This document shows positions 1 through 13,463 of a stretch of 64,000 nt of DNA, piece by piece. Location: contig NC_043005.1 in NCBI RefSeq assembly GCF_006345805.1, forward strand, positions 95,728,001 to 95,792,000. The letters are read 5' to 3'. Source of the DNA: Octopus sinensis. Lineage: Eukaryota. The translations under genes were made by a program, and so were the position numbers. The notes under the pieces are model-generated. The model was not told the origin of the DNA. It did not search any database and was given only the letters and a program-made list of their open reading frames with translations. Positions within the stretch are counted from its first letter, which is position 1; each line of letters begins with the position of its first letter.

Positions 1-248
1 TTTGTGTGTGTGTGCGTTTGCGTGTGGTTGTAAACCAGACTAAGAAAAGCGTTTGACACACACACCAGAATGTGAGTTTTCTGTAAATTTTGCTTAATTG
101 GAGTTTAAATTTTAAAAACTGGACCTGGCATGACGCGATGCATTGTACTCTTAAAATTGCTAGGTAAATTGTAATTGAAGAAATCCTATATTGTAGATTT
201 CTATAACTCCCAAAGGGAGGCAGATAAAATCTGCCTTTTATAATAAGA
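1..248 (-). mobile_element. Possible 5' end of a non-autonomous Helitron-like element, continuing beyond the window start
   Basis: Minus strand reads A|TCTTATTATAAAAGGCAGATTTTATCTGCCTCCC, resembling the TC-(TA)-TAAAA 5' ends of the Helitrons at 13463, 14836 and 49269. The 3' end is not in the window. Confidence 0.35.
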
Positions 249-329
249 TAATATATAATATATATATATCTATTATATATATATATATATAATATATATA
301 TATATATGTAGTGTGTGTATATGTTTGTG

Positions 330-525
330 TATCTGTGGTCTCCCCCTAACATCGCTTGACAACCGATGCTGGTGAGTAACTTAGCAGTTCGGCAAAAGAG
401 ACCGATATAATAAGTACTAGGCTTCCAAAGAATAAGTCCAGGGGTCGATTTGCTTGACTAAAGGCGGTGCTCCAGCATGGCCACAGTGAAATGACGGAAA
501 CAAGCAAAAGAATAAAAGAGTATAT
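330..525 (+). mobile_element. SINE family A, 3' half
   Basis: Matches the 3' half of the near-complete copy at 63040-63440 (cttgacaaccgatgctgg...aagtactaggctt...ggcggtgctccagcatggcc...gaaacaag). Confidence 0.8.
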
Positions 526-589
526 AAAGATACTTTCTTCAATACTATGCCCTCAGTTAAAAGATCTTGTCTTGGAAATTACTCGGTGG

Positions 590-796
590 ACTTGTTGGTG
601 CTTGTACCATGTAAAAAGCACCTAAAACACTCTGTAAAATGGTTGGCATCAGGAAAGGCATCCAGCTGAAGAAACAATGTCAAAGGAGACAGTACAGCTT
701 GACACATTCCTCTCGTTTGCCAACTTTTATCAAACTGTCCAACTCATGCCAGCATAGAAAACAGAAGTTAAATGGTGATGATGATGATGATGATGA
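590..796 (+). mobile_element. RTE-tailed SINE/LINE 3' end (family B)
   Basis: aaaagcacc...ggaaaggcatccagctg...catgccagcat...(gat)n tail, shared with many copies in the window. Confidence 0.7.
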
Positions 797-1311
797 TATA
801 TAAATAAAACATAATGCTGGTGGCTTGTGGTCCAGTTGTGGCTGTGATGAAGCAGCAGCAGTCATTGTGACAGCAGGAAGTAGATTCTTGTGAATGAGGG
901 TCTTGTTTCTTTTTCTTTTTACTTAAGTGGAGACCATGACACTTTGGCAACGTTATCAGACATTTAGTCATCCTCTTGATTTATTTGTTTTAGTACATTG
1001 TATATGTTGTGGTTATTGTAACTGTTTAACCACAGGTTGACCCCAATTTCACAGATCTACGATTAAAACCATAACAGTAGTGACCATTTGTACCTTTACA
1101 ATTACAATTTGCGCTGCATCTGGAACCATGTCCTCCCAGTTCTTTTATAAGACAATAAAGTGTAATTTGAAAGATATTTGACTGCCATATCCAGCCGGGC
1201 CAACCACCACATACAGACCTCATCCACATCAATGGTTCTCAATGTATCAAGTCCAAGTGTGAGATAAAATCCACTGCAATGTTGCTGTTAAATTGCTAAT
1301 AAGCCACCCAC

Positions 1312-1312
1312 T

Positions 1313-1361
<49 letters not shown>

Positions 1362-1386
1362 ATAATATATATAATATATATATATT

Positions 1387-1454
<68 letters not shown>

Positions 1455-1466
1455 TATATGTATATA

Positions 1467-1537
<71 letters not shown>

Positions 1538-1612
1538 CACATATATGTATGCATGTATATATATATATATATATGTGTGTGTATATATGTATATGTATAT
1601 TTATATATATAT
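1312..1612. repeat. Compound (TA)n/(TG)n microsatellite
   Basis: Seen directly; it generates the spurious Ile/Tyr ORFs at 1293-1722. Confidence 0.98.
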
Positions 1613-1634
1613 AAATAAATAAAAGTGAAGACAC

Positions 1635-1862
1635 ATAGCTCAGTGGTTAGAGTGTTGTGCTCACAATCATGAGGTAGTGAATTTGATTCCCGGACCGGGC
1701 TGTATGTTGTGTTCTTGAGCAAGGCACGTTATTTTCATGTTGCTCCAGTCCACTCAGCTGTAGATATGAGTTGCGACATCACTGGTGCCAAGCTGTACTG
1801 GCCTTTGCCTTTCCTTAGGATAAAATTGATAGTGTCGAGATGGGAGGCTGCTCTGCATGGGT
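1635..1862 (+). mobile_element. tRNA-derived SINE (family D)
   Basis: tRNA-like head catagctcagtggttagag...gattcccgg followed by gttcttgagcaaggcac...gttgctccagtccactcagctg. Related minus-strand copies lie at about 42520-42750 and 51780-51880. Confidence 0.7.
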
Positions 1863-2320
1863 GAAGTCACAATTATTTAACATTGCAGCCATCACTTGTT
1901 GGAATATGGCAGGTGCCACTTTTACACCAAAAGGAAGCTGCTTGAATTTATACCATCCATAGTGTGTGTTGATTGTTAAAAGGTGTGCACAATCTTCCTC
2001 TGCCTGTATCTGTAGATAGGCCTCCGAGAGGTCTAACTTTGAGAAACTTTTTCCTCCATTTAGTTTTGAGAACGCTTCTTTTTGATTTGGTCATGGATAA
2101 TTGTGTTTGAGTAAAGAGTCATTTAATCCAGTTGAAAAGTCTGCACCCACTCTTAGTTCATTATTTTTATTCTTTCCATAAACCATCGGAGCTTCCCAGC
2201 CTGAATGATCCACTTTTCCAACTCCGATAGCTGGACTTCCTAGCTTTTTATTGACCTGGTTCAATGCCACAAACAGCACATTCCGTTTGTGCCTAAAAAC
2301 CAGTGTGGTCTTTTCTTTTC
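1863..2320 (-). mobile_element. Ty3/Gypsy LTR-retrotransposon reverse transcriptase fragment, decayed
   Basis: Minus translation across frameshifts gives LRVGADFSTGLND...HNYP...FSKLDLSEAYLQI...LLTINTH.GWYKFKQLPFGVK/VAPAIFQQVM, the conserved Gypsy RT motifs. Confidence 0.85.
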
Positions 2321-2323
2321 CAC

Positions 2324-3420
2324 AATCCTAGATATACTGAAAAAGAAATTCCCTTCAACTGGCTTTGGCCTCTACAGGGAAGATGCACTGGCAATATCAA
2401 GAGGGGGCTAACAGTCACATGCTAGATAAGCTCAGAAAGAACGTCAGAAATGCCATGAATTCCCTTGAACTGAAGGTCACTATAGAGACCAACCTGAAAA
2501 CGGTAGATTTCCTGGACCTGGAATCAGGTGCCTATCAGCCCTTTAGGAAAACAAATGACAAGTTGTCACACAGGTTCCTGCCATCCAGCCACAGTGTTCA
2601 GAAACCTGGTTAAGGGCATCAGCAGGAGAATCTCCTGTTTGTCTTCAAGTAAAGAGATCTTTGATGCTTCCACCTCATACAGGGCTCTGGCTGCCATCAA
2701 TTTCAAAGATAATAATAGTTACATGTCAGACCCTGATACCCCCCTCTCCCAAGAGAAAGCGCCACCGGAAAGTACTGTAGTTCACACTGCCATTTTCTTT
2801 AAATGTTAAGACCAGAGTAGGTAAAACGTTCCTTAGTTTAGTTGACAGACACTTCCCCGATACCAATAGATTCAACAAAATATTTAATAGACATACCCTG
2901 AGATTATTCTTTAGCTGTGCACCTGGTGTAAAAAAAGATTTTAGTAAGTAGGTCCAGACCCAAGGCTGCATGAGGCAGGGGTAGCACAACTTGCCCACTA
3001 AATGGCCACTGCAATACAGAATCAGTTGTTTATGAGGCAGAAGTAACAACAACAGGACTCAATGGACAACCAAGCATGCGGAAGTATGTGGGGTCAATGC
3101 AAGGCCCCATCAGAACCCACTTTGATAACCACAAGTCATCATTTGACATCTCAGAGAGACATGATGCCATAACCCTAGCCAAACACATCTGGACTTTGAA
3201 AGAAAACACCACGGAGTACAGCATAAAGTGGAAGATCATAGAAAGATGCAAACCATACTTCAATAGCAGCAGGAAGAGCAGATTATGCCTGGCTGAGAAA
3301 AGAGGGCAATTTTAAAAGGCACTCAATTCCCGGATGTTTACCTGAACAGCTGGAATGAAGTGTTTAATCTTTGCTTGTATGAAAGGAAGTACAGTCTATC
3401 ATATTTGCATGCCCTGCCAT
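2324..3420 (+). mobile_element. Penelope-like element, 5'-truncated and decayed (RT C-terminus, linker, GIY-YIG endonuclease)
   Basis: FGLYREDALAI (degenerate YRDD), TVDFLDL, linker [38 protein letters not shown], and CPLNGHCNTESVVYEAEV...KYVG...NHKSSF...LAKHIWTLKE...WKII...LCLAEK. Stops and frameshifts are present. Confidence 0.9.
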
Positions 3421-3924
3421 GACTGCAGTTTCTATTGCCATTCACAACACCAAACAATTTACAGGGTGCACAGTTTTTGTAGCACCAGCACTACAGTAGT
3501 ACCTTGCTCCCAACAAGTGTAAAGAGTCCTCTTAAACTCTGTTTTCTCTGCTTGATTTGCTAACCACTTTGCTGAATGTATTGGATGCATGTATTTATAG
3601 AACAAAATAGTCTTGTAAGTTGGTTTGTGTAATTAAAACCGTCAAAGTGATCAATTTGTGAAGAAATTATCACATTACTGATATGAAAACATTTTAGATA
3701 AGACAAAGAGTGAGTTTGTTTGTCATTAACTAGGTATGATGACAGTATGTAAATGCAATCATATCATTAGATATGTATGTGTGACTATATAGAAATATGT
3801 AAATATGTGTGTATGTTTCTGTACAAAGATAAGCTACACACATTCACATACCTACATATATACTTGTTATATACATTTATATATGAATATACACACACAC
3901 ACACAGACAAATATATATATATAT

Positions 3925-4043
3925 ATCACGTGATCACGTGACCGACCAGACTATCAGATGTTGTTACACATCGCTGGTCACAATGCGTTCGCATTGTTTT
4001 AGCCTTTGAATGACGCCACCCCGCTGGCTAAGCGAGCAGGCCA
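3925..4043 (-). mobile_element. Short interspersed repeat fragment ending in ggtcacgtgatcacgtgat
   Basis: GC-richer block between (TA) tracts, with a tandem CACGTGAT end typical of retroposon 3' tails. Family not identified. Confidence 0.4.
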
Positions 4044-4309
4044 ATATATATATATTATATATATGTAGCCATGTAACAAAACATGAATATGTGCAACTGT
4101 GTTTATATGTATATGTTTGTGTGATATCCAATTCAGCCAGGAAGCTAATTTATCTCTGCGTTTGTCTCAACAGACTACCATATTTGTATCCAATATATAT
4201 GTTTGACAATGAATATGTGTATATGTTTTTCTGTTCTGCACATGCATATTCATAGGTGTGCCTGTGTGTGAACATGTATTTCTAATTACATAGGAAATAT
4301 ATTACTCTT

Positions 4310-5257
<948 letters not shown>

Positions 5258-5261
5258 ATTA

Positions 5262-5520
5262 CAACAAAGACATGGTATGAAGTGGTCAGAAAGGATCTTC
5301 AGACACTGGGCCTCACTGAGGAAACGACAAAGGACCAGGAGATATGGGGATTTGTTGTACTTAGATGCATCAAGTTAAATCGCTGACTTCCACACACACA
5401 GATTTGTCCTTTCAGGTGCTGGTGCCATGTAAAAAACACCTGTGCCAGTGCATGTACCCATGCCAGTGGCATGTAAAAAGCACCCAGCACACTCTGTTAA
5501 GTGGTTGGCATTAGGAACGG
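5262..5520 (+). mobile_element. RTE LINE 3' fragment
   Basis: KTWYEVVRKDLQTLGLTEETTKDQEIW matches the RTE C-terminus also seen at 19594-19797, followed by family-B-like 3' UTR. Confidence 0.7.
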
Positions 5521-6699
5521 TATCCCATAAATAAAGTGGTTTTTTCAATTGCATGAATGAAAAGTCAGAGGGGAGCAGATTAAACTACCTGCATCAACTT
5601 GCTATAAAAGCAGGCAAAAGAAAAAAGGCCCAATAAACCTAATAAACGAAAAGAGGGCTTGATAATTTTTAAAGAATTCGTTAACAAAAAATTTTATAAA
5701 GTAAAAAAAAAACCTACAAATTATTTATTTTTAAAATTTTTATCTCCAAGTTTTATGCTTTTCAAAGTAAAAAGGACCCCAAAGCTTAGGGACACCAAAG
5801 CTTAGGGACACCAAGATTGAGGGCCTTTGGGGCATGGCTTATATTGGCTCATACATAAATCCGACGTGGTCGCGTTGCATCTCGTCAGTTACATTTAGGA
5901 TACACATGTTCGTGAACTGCCATGTCACTCACAGTATAGAATTCAATTAGTCGGCAGCGCAGTTGAATACAAAACTGGGATATTCATCGTCGAAACCAAC
6001 GCCGATCCATTTACTTTTTGGCTGCCAATGGGAACTGCTTATTATTTGAACAGTATATAACTTCCACTTATATTTGACTTTTTTATATTTGCTTCTTTTC
6101 CTTCAATCAAAACAATGAAACGATATCTATTTTTTTAATTTTTAAAATTATTACTAAAGAGAAAATAAGGCAAAAAAATAAGACAGCTCCGTCAAAAACG
6201 TACCCCAGTTTCTACTAAGCACAAAGATAAAATATAAGCCGACAATCTTTTTATATCATCCGAAACGAGAAATATTGATTTCTTCTTGATTGGGCACAAG
6301 GCCAAGCCTTTTTTATTTTCTTTTTTCTTTAATAGGATGAATAGACTCAGTTGAATCAAATCAGTATCCTTACAGGTACCTAATTACTCCGATATACCCG
6401 ACAGGTAACGTTGATTCAACTGGGATTTTTATTTGCAGAAACAGGTGGCTTTGGAAATGAAATACTGAGAAGCATTCTTCAAGGCATTTGCCGAACACAC
6501 CCTTCCGTAAAAGAAATATGTTTCTTTATTTTAAACTTGTTTTATTTACCTCATACGAAATTAATGAAATCAGCCTAGTAAGGTGATGCCGAAATAAATA
6601 CAGTAAAACTAATCCAATTCAATGTTTTTACTGTCTCAATCATTTTCTATCGATCATAAACCAATGAATGATTTGTAAAGAACCTATCAGATTTGTCCA

Positions 6700-7084
6700 G
6701 CATATAAGGGATCCCCGGTAATTGACACAAGCAGCACTCCCTCTTACGTCGCTTCCTCCTACTCCCGCTGTCACCCTCTCTCTACTAAATACATTCCCTC
6801 CAACCACTCCTCTACCGTCTCTCTAACTCCTTCGTCGCTATTCTTTACTCTCACTACTCCCCCTCTTTTTTTTTTCCTCCCCATAGGCGGCCGTTGTTTA
6901 GTGTAACGAGGAGGTTTCTGTTGGTAGTCTGTAGTAGTAATAATACCAATACTAGTAGAAAGGAACACACTAAACAATATATTATGGTACTACAATAGCG
7001 GCCGTTCACCCTAAGGAACTAAGGAAAAATTTTTAAAAAAATAATAAAGGCCACAAACTCAAAGAAAGTATATATTAAAAGACA
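6700..7084 (+). promoter_or_regulatory. Putative promoter / 5' UTR of the SMAP gene
   Basis: TE-free, pyrimidine-rich stretch directly upstream of the ATG, with retained CpGs (GCGGCCGTT twice). TSS not determinable. Confidence 0.5.
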
Positions 7085-7202
7085 ATGAGTACTCGACATG
7101 AAAAAGAACGTCAGCGAGCAGCGCAGGAGAAATACCAGGCTGTTCTATCGCAACTATTGAAGGATGAAGACAACAAATACTGTGTTGATTGTGATGCCAA
7201 AG
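7085..7202 (+). CDS. SMAP1: Stromal membrane-associated protein (SMAP1/2-type ArfGAP), first coding exon
   Basis: ATG at 7085 gives MSTRHEKERQRAAQEKYQAVLSQLLKDEDNKYCVDCDAK(G), matching the SMAP N-terminus and the first CxxC of the ArfGAP zinc finger (human SMAP1 from memory: ...LSKLLREEDNKYCADCEAKG). The 118-nt exon ends at a phase-1 donor AAG|GTAGTG. SMAP1 versus SMAP2 cannot be resolved for an invertebrate co-orthologue. Confidence 0.92.
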
Positions 7203-10102
7203 GTAGTGTATAGGATATATAAATGTATATATATATATATATATATGGTGTATGGGTTATATATACGTATATAGATGTCCGTATCATGTCAATCAGTTGC
7301 TTGCGTGTGTGTGAATATGTGTAAGTGATCGACAACACTCGTGAGATGGATGGGTTTCTTTTCTTCTACATTTTTTAAAAGTATACTTGCAATACACTCA
7401 GACATGTTACAGCCCTCTGAATGCATACACACACACACACACACTCTCACACACATACACAAATGATGATTGTCACCTGCACTCCTGAGATTTCTCCATT
7501 CTGTAATATAAATGTGTGTGTATATATATATATATATACACACACACACATGTATATATATCACTCTTGGTATGTCACTTTGTCTCTCCATTTAGTCTTC
7601 TAGTTCTCTTCCTATTGCACATGATTCACCAAAGAAATCGGGAACCTCCCCTTTACTTATTCTCGTTTCATGCTTTCTTACAGATCTGACTCATTTCATT
7701 CAATTTTTCTCCCTCCCCCCCTCTCTCTCTCTCTCTCGAAATATGAATGTTTTAATCCATTCCGCCCCATATTTATCTATACATCTATCAATCCATATTT
7801 TTTGACTGAGCATTTATACACCTGTTTGCACCTCTCATTCACACATCAAGGTTGCTACTTAAATACATACTTGTTTATGTATCATATTCTCTCTCTGTTT
7901 TATACATATACACACACTAATGCTTCTACCATTCTCTCTATACATGCTTTCTATGAATGATGTATGTGTACATTTACCTACCTACCTCATCCTATGCTTC
8001 TTCGATCTATTCTATACTGTCATTTCTCTCTTCACACATACATATACACACATCTAAATATCTAAACCATAAATATCTGGGCATTTTAGCCGGATAAGGT
8101 AGGTACCGAGTGAACCAATTAACTGTATTAATAAACCGTTCACTTCGTGCTCTCTCAAGGCCGAGAAAACCAGAAAGAAAATCTAAGCTGTTAAACTCTA
8201 TATGTAAATCGAATGATATTGTTTATCATGGGAACCCTCTTTCAATAGTGATTTATCAGCACTTTTTTTCTCTTACGATGAAACTGTCAGATGTAATCTG
8301 TATTAATCTAGACGTGTGTCAAAGAGGGAAGAGTTGTAATAGACTCAGGCCAGACGTTAAATGTAGATCCCATTTCAAACTACTCATTGCTTTAGTAATT
8401 AGTGCTAAATACATTTCTTTACAGGTTACGAGTATGTGTATGTAGTGTACTTAATAGAAAAGAATACAAGAATTAGAATGATTTCTTAAAAACAAAAAAG
8501 ACTCAAGGTTCCCTTTTGCCTGTAGCAGGGGAAGTAGGTCCCTTCAAAATTGAAAACCCATGCCAAACTGACCCACTTGCCTCTTCCCTGCCTCTATACG
8601 GTAAAAAAATATTCCGACCGTCTTTTGTTTAGTCTTACAGTTTCTTGAACTACATTGACTAGTGTGTCTTCCCTCCTTTTTTAAGGGTTTTGATAGGAGA
8701 AAGAGTTTGGCTTTTATTTGTAGCACGTCGAGCGAAGCTTCCTTGTGTGACTGTTACATGAAGTACTTTCTAGTGTCGGTAGCAGGTCCCTGTAATTGGG
8801 AGGAGGCTGTTTAATAGATCCATTCAAAAATTCGTTAGAACCAAGAACTGGTTGTCGTATAAGCTAATAATATTTTTCTTTTTTCGACTATAGGCAAAAG
8901 GCCCGAAATTTGGGGTGTTGGAGGTGGGGAACTAGTCGATTACATGATCCTAGTGTTCAGTCGGTACATATTTTATCGACCCTGAAAGGACGAAAAGCAA
9001 CGACTACAATGATAAAATATTTCAATTTGCAATACAGAATATTCTTTTCGAGTGAAAGAAACCCCATCGTGTTGTCTAGTTTCCTACGTTACTGACGATC
9101 CCCCCCCCCGGCAAGCAAAAACGACCGACATGGGCGTAATCTGAACGATAATCTCGTGCAGCTTTCTTCCACTGCCTCCAGTCGACGACGTCGGACCCTT
9201 TATGAATGTCTCTACCAGTGACTTCCTGGAAATAACTGCTAAATTCCTCTCAAACCTCACTCCCAGACCCCACCCAGTATCTTACAAAGGACACCGGATA
9301 AGGTACTACTGAGTGCACAACGTCTAAAAAAATATGATGAGATGGTCATGGATGGAATGCTGTTGATCATTCGTGTACTAAAACTAAACTGATAATCTCT
9401 AGCCATTATTGTATGGATGGTCATGGATGCATTTCATTGTAACTCATAATGGTTTAGAGGCCAAGCATGAACGCCACAGACAGTAAATTTCCATCTTGAT
9501 TTGTAGATCGGAGGCGTTCATGCCTTAAAAGTAAGAAATGGTGATTTCGTCTCGATTGTTGCGCGCGCGCGTTTTTGTGCGGTTTAATGTCATTCTGCCA
9601 CGTCTATCCTTTGGAAATAAATTGTAGATGGTGTTATATAAATGTGTGTATAGGAAAACAAGTGAGAACTAACGAGAAAGGACGTGTGTATGGATATCAA
9701 TGGGAATATGTGTGTTTAAAAATATGTAGTTGTGTGTGCATGTGTATTATTTTTTTAATCTTTAATCAGATGACCGATTATGTCAAACAAATCCAGTCTC
9801 AGTTACTTCGTTGGAATTTAACGATTTCTATTAACATCAAGAGAAACAAAAACCACCAAAAAAAAAAAACTCTTGACATTCGCAGTTCATTGAAGTTTCT
9901 GCCTTCCCAGGCGGTGGAAACTGAGAGAGAGAGAGAGATCTGTCAATTACCTCACCCTCGTCGTCATCAGAACTACACTTATGCTTCATTTAGAAGAATC
10001 GTACATGTACCCGAAAAAGATGTTTATTTATTGCATAGGAAACAGCTAATGAAATTGGGAGATGCCCACCCACCCCATTGGTTGTTTATGTATATATATA
10101 TA

Positions 10103-10153
<51 letters not shown>

Positions 10154-11531
10154 ATTTTTGTTAGAGTAAAGGAAAAGCGTTAATGCTCATGTATGTATAC
10201 ACATACATGACACATGCACATATCACATACACGTTATGTTTCGACGCACACGTATTTGAAACTGGCCTTCACTTTATTTGCCCCCTTATTTTAGTTCACA
10301 CTTAGGCGCGCGTGTACACACACACACCCCTGTAGTTTGGTTTCATATAAGTGGCATGCATATACTGATAACTTCCTCCCTCTGCTCTTTGATCTCGCCC
10401 CAATACAGCTGATCTAATTAATTAATCCTAAAGTAACGTCACATACTAATTAGCTGAGGTTATTATATTAGCTTAGCACCACCAGCTGTACAACTAACTA
10501 CATGTGTTCGATCTGAGTCATTATCTAACCCATTCCGTCACTCTCTCTCTTCTCTTTCTCTCTAATCACAGAAAATGACAACTTTAAAACAGTTTACGAT
10601 TTCGTTTGGGTCAGCCCTCTCAAACTATAAAAATCCTACTGGGACCTTCTTTTCTTACGATTGTCTAAATATCCCCCCGTTCCCTCCTGGCATAACTGTT
10701 GAAATCATCACCTCTCTTATTAAGTCAGTGGTCCTCAAAATGACAAACATTAGTTCCCCACCTCCAAAATGTTTATGAAATTCTTGCCACCAATTCTCAT
10801 GGCCAGACGTTTTTGCAGAATATTTGAAATGATTGACACTGCTTGTATGACAGGGATTGTTATTTTACAACTATCATGCGATGTTAAGACAAGGAGACAC
10901 AAACATACACTTGCACACACACACACACGATGGGCTACTTTCAGTTTCTGCATGTGAAATCCACTCGTGAGGCTATGCTCGGCCCAGGACCATAGTAGAA
11001 GACACTTGCTCAAGGTACACCATGCAGTGGAACTGAACCTGCAACCATGTAGTTGGGAAGCAAACTTCTTATCACACAGCCATGATGGGATGAGTCATGG
11101 CTAAAATGTCTTTGATCATAAGTCTATTCATTCAGAACTGTATTTGAACTGAACAACTTCCAGGTCATGAATACAAGTCAATGACTCAAAAGATATGGTC
11201 ACTTAATCTGCTAGAGATGGAAACCAAATCTCCTTCAAACTGCACTCTATCGTCTTAAAAAGTGAAAGATGCATTAAATGGTTCCAGTTTAGTATGTTGC
11301 CTATCTGGCCATTTACACTTTTAGTGTGCAGTCTAACCCTAAACTCTAACCTAGATCAGGTCATTTCACAGCATAGACTCCAGATACTGCTGAAGTGGCA
11401 CGCATTAAATAATGTTATCATTGATATCCTCAAAAAGACAGGATGGTCACAGTTGAAATACATTTGAAAATACATGTATTCTCCTCAGTCTACTAAAGCA
11501 ACAAGTTTGATTATATATATATATATATATA

Positions 11532-11870
11532 CTGGCAGTATTGCCCGGCGTTGCTCGGGTTTGTTTCAACCCTTTAGAATTGGAATTTTTGAAAAGTAAA
11601 AATTTTGCATTATGTAGCTTGTTATTCTCTTTAAGTGAACATTTTTCTGGTTGAAATACACCGAAAAATGGCGACACAGCAGTAAAAAAAATCATAAAAA
11701 ATAGGGATTTTCATAGAAAAAAAAATTTTGGTGTTAACATGGTCCGATTTGAATTTTTTCTTCTACGGAAGGAAGAGCAAGCCTTCTATCATACTCTCAA
11801 TTTTGGTCAACTTGCGCCACAGTGTTAGTTGAAGGCTATCAAACCTGCCATACACAGACAACTTCAGCTT

Positions 11871-11880
<10 letters not shown>
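11532..11880 (-). mobile_element. Non-autonomous Helitron (copy C)
   Basis: Reverse-complement homologue of 49269-49660. 3' hairpin cccgagcaacgccggg, then CCAG (mutated CTAG). The 5' end merges into a (TA) tract. Confidence 0.8.
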
Positions 11881-11902
<22 letters not shown>

Positions 11903-11906
11903 TACA

Positions 11907-13463
11907 CTAGCATTATGACCCGTCGTTGCCGGGTCATAGTGCTAGTGCATGTATATATGTGTACATACTACATGTACATCTACACATAAAATACAAAATA
12001 CAAAGTTATATCTTGATAACAATACTAGTGATAACAATACTCAAAATATATAACAGACTGGAATTGTAGGCCCGTCTCTTGCAATTTCGATCAATTGTAT
12101 CTTGTCCTCCCTCTTGTATAGAAGTGTGGCTACAATCCAGCCTACCTCTACTTCTGGGGTGACATTTTAAATTTTTATCCGGGACGTCCTACATCCCAGA
12201 TATAAAGGTAAAAATAAAATATTTCCACTTTGCAAATTTCGAGTCGAGTAGTCCCTTGCACGCTCCGTTGACTCGAACCTTGCTTCTATTGTTGCGAATT
12301 TACCGCCTCTGGTTAGATATCTTTCATAGTCGCACCAAGACACTTTTCGATGGTGCTTTCTTCCAGGTGTTCAAATCTTTTTTTTCTCTACATTGTATAC
12401 TTTATAGACAATAGTCTTTTCTTTAATTTAATTTTTTATTTCGTTTGGTGGTGTTATCCTAGATTAACCGTCTTTGTCGGTGATCAATCCGAAATAGGTT
12501 TGTATTTCTTCCATTTTAATTTTAATGAGTTCGCACCCGCCAACGGCTGCAGCAAAATTCATTTTTGGACTTTCTTCTATCGAAGACATTTTAACAAAAA
12601 TGCTTCCGTATAAACGGTGAAAATATTGTCAATTTCCCCAAACAGGGACACAATTCAATTTTTAAACAATAACCAAAGCTCCTCCCAAAGGGGGAGAGTT
12701 ACAGTTTACAATTATTTAACAAATGTAACACGACAACGTTTCCCTTACGAGGAACCAACAAACGTGATAACAATAGTTAAACAGTAATAATAATAACAAC
12801 AAACCTTACGGTGAATCAAAAAGCGGTACGCAGTTGAAGCTATAGTCCTTTATGTATAAGAAATAAACCAACAGCAGTACTCAGTAGAAGCGGCTGTTCG
12901 AGAAAACAGACATTACATACAGCCAAACTTCATATAGATACTTAATACTAGCTAATTAGCAGATAATCTATTGTAAAAGCCGTGGTAAACAGTATGTGCA
13001 CAGCTCCATCTGGACTATTCCATTTCTGCACACTAATTTTATTTTTAATTTATTCCCATTCATGTGAAACCACTTATTCAAGTTCAAGTCATTGATGCAA
13101 TTTTATACCAATTGCTATTTTTACTTTTGTTATGTTATGATTTAATTTAGTTTGATTTTAATTATTACTTACTACATATAATTGAATTGTTATTATTATC
13201 TCTAATTTTTATTGTTAAAGTGAAAGTATCTGACATAAGAGAAATGTTTTTGTTTCACTTTTAACACGTAATACTGAAATAGTGGAGAAGATATGATATT
13301 GCTATCGGCTCTCCGTAGGCAAGAAGTTGAACATTTTTTTTTTGCCCACGAAACTACATGGACCTTAAGTAAGGCATGTGTAAAATTTGAATGAAATTGG
13401 TTGTGTAGTTCTCAAGTTTTAGGGAAACACACAGACACACATTCTCAGTTTTATATATATAGA
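11907..13463 (-). mobile_element. Helitron-bounded segment B
   Basis: 5' TCTATATATATAAAACTGAG at 13463; 3' hairpin gacccg/cgggtc then CTAG|T at 11907. Whether it is a single element is uncertain. Confidence 0.55.
12055..12990 (-). pseudogene. Decayed ORF resembling a LINE (L1/Tx1-type) ORF1 N-terminus plus 5' UTR
   Basis: Minus translation MSSIEESPKMNFAAAVGGCELIK...EKTIVYKVYNVEKKRFEHLEESTIEKCLGA.../YLTRGGKFATIEARFES...LPLYLGCRTSRIKI*NVTPEVEVGWIVA is protein-like with scattered stops. Family assignment is inference. Confidence 0.4.

Noticed and set aside
1635-1710. tRNA genes (also 61676-61736 and the heads of SINE families A and C)
   Set aside because: No complete cloverleaf; each continues into SINE body sequence.
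1293-1722. Ile/Tyr-rich ORFs (also 5024-5386, 45710-45907, 46979-47176)
   Set aside because: Translations of (TA)n/(TG)n microsatellites.
2009-2048. CTGTAGA + 7-bp stem resembling a hammerhead
   Set aside because: No GAAA directly after the stem, and the sequence is the antisense of the Gypsy RT motif KLDLSEAYLQI.
9575-10183. Longest ORF in the track (202 aa)
   Set aside because: Starts at TTG, runs through A-, GA- and TA-repeats, and has no recognisable domain. Consistent with chance in intronic DNA.
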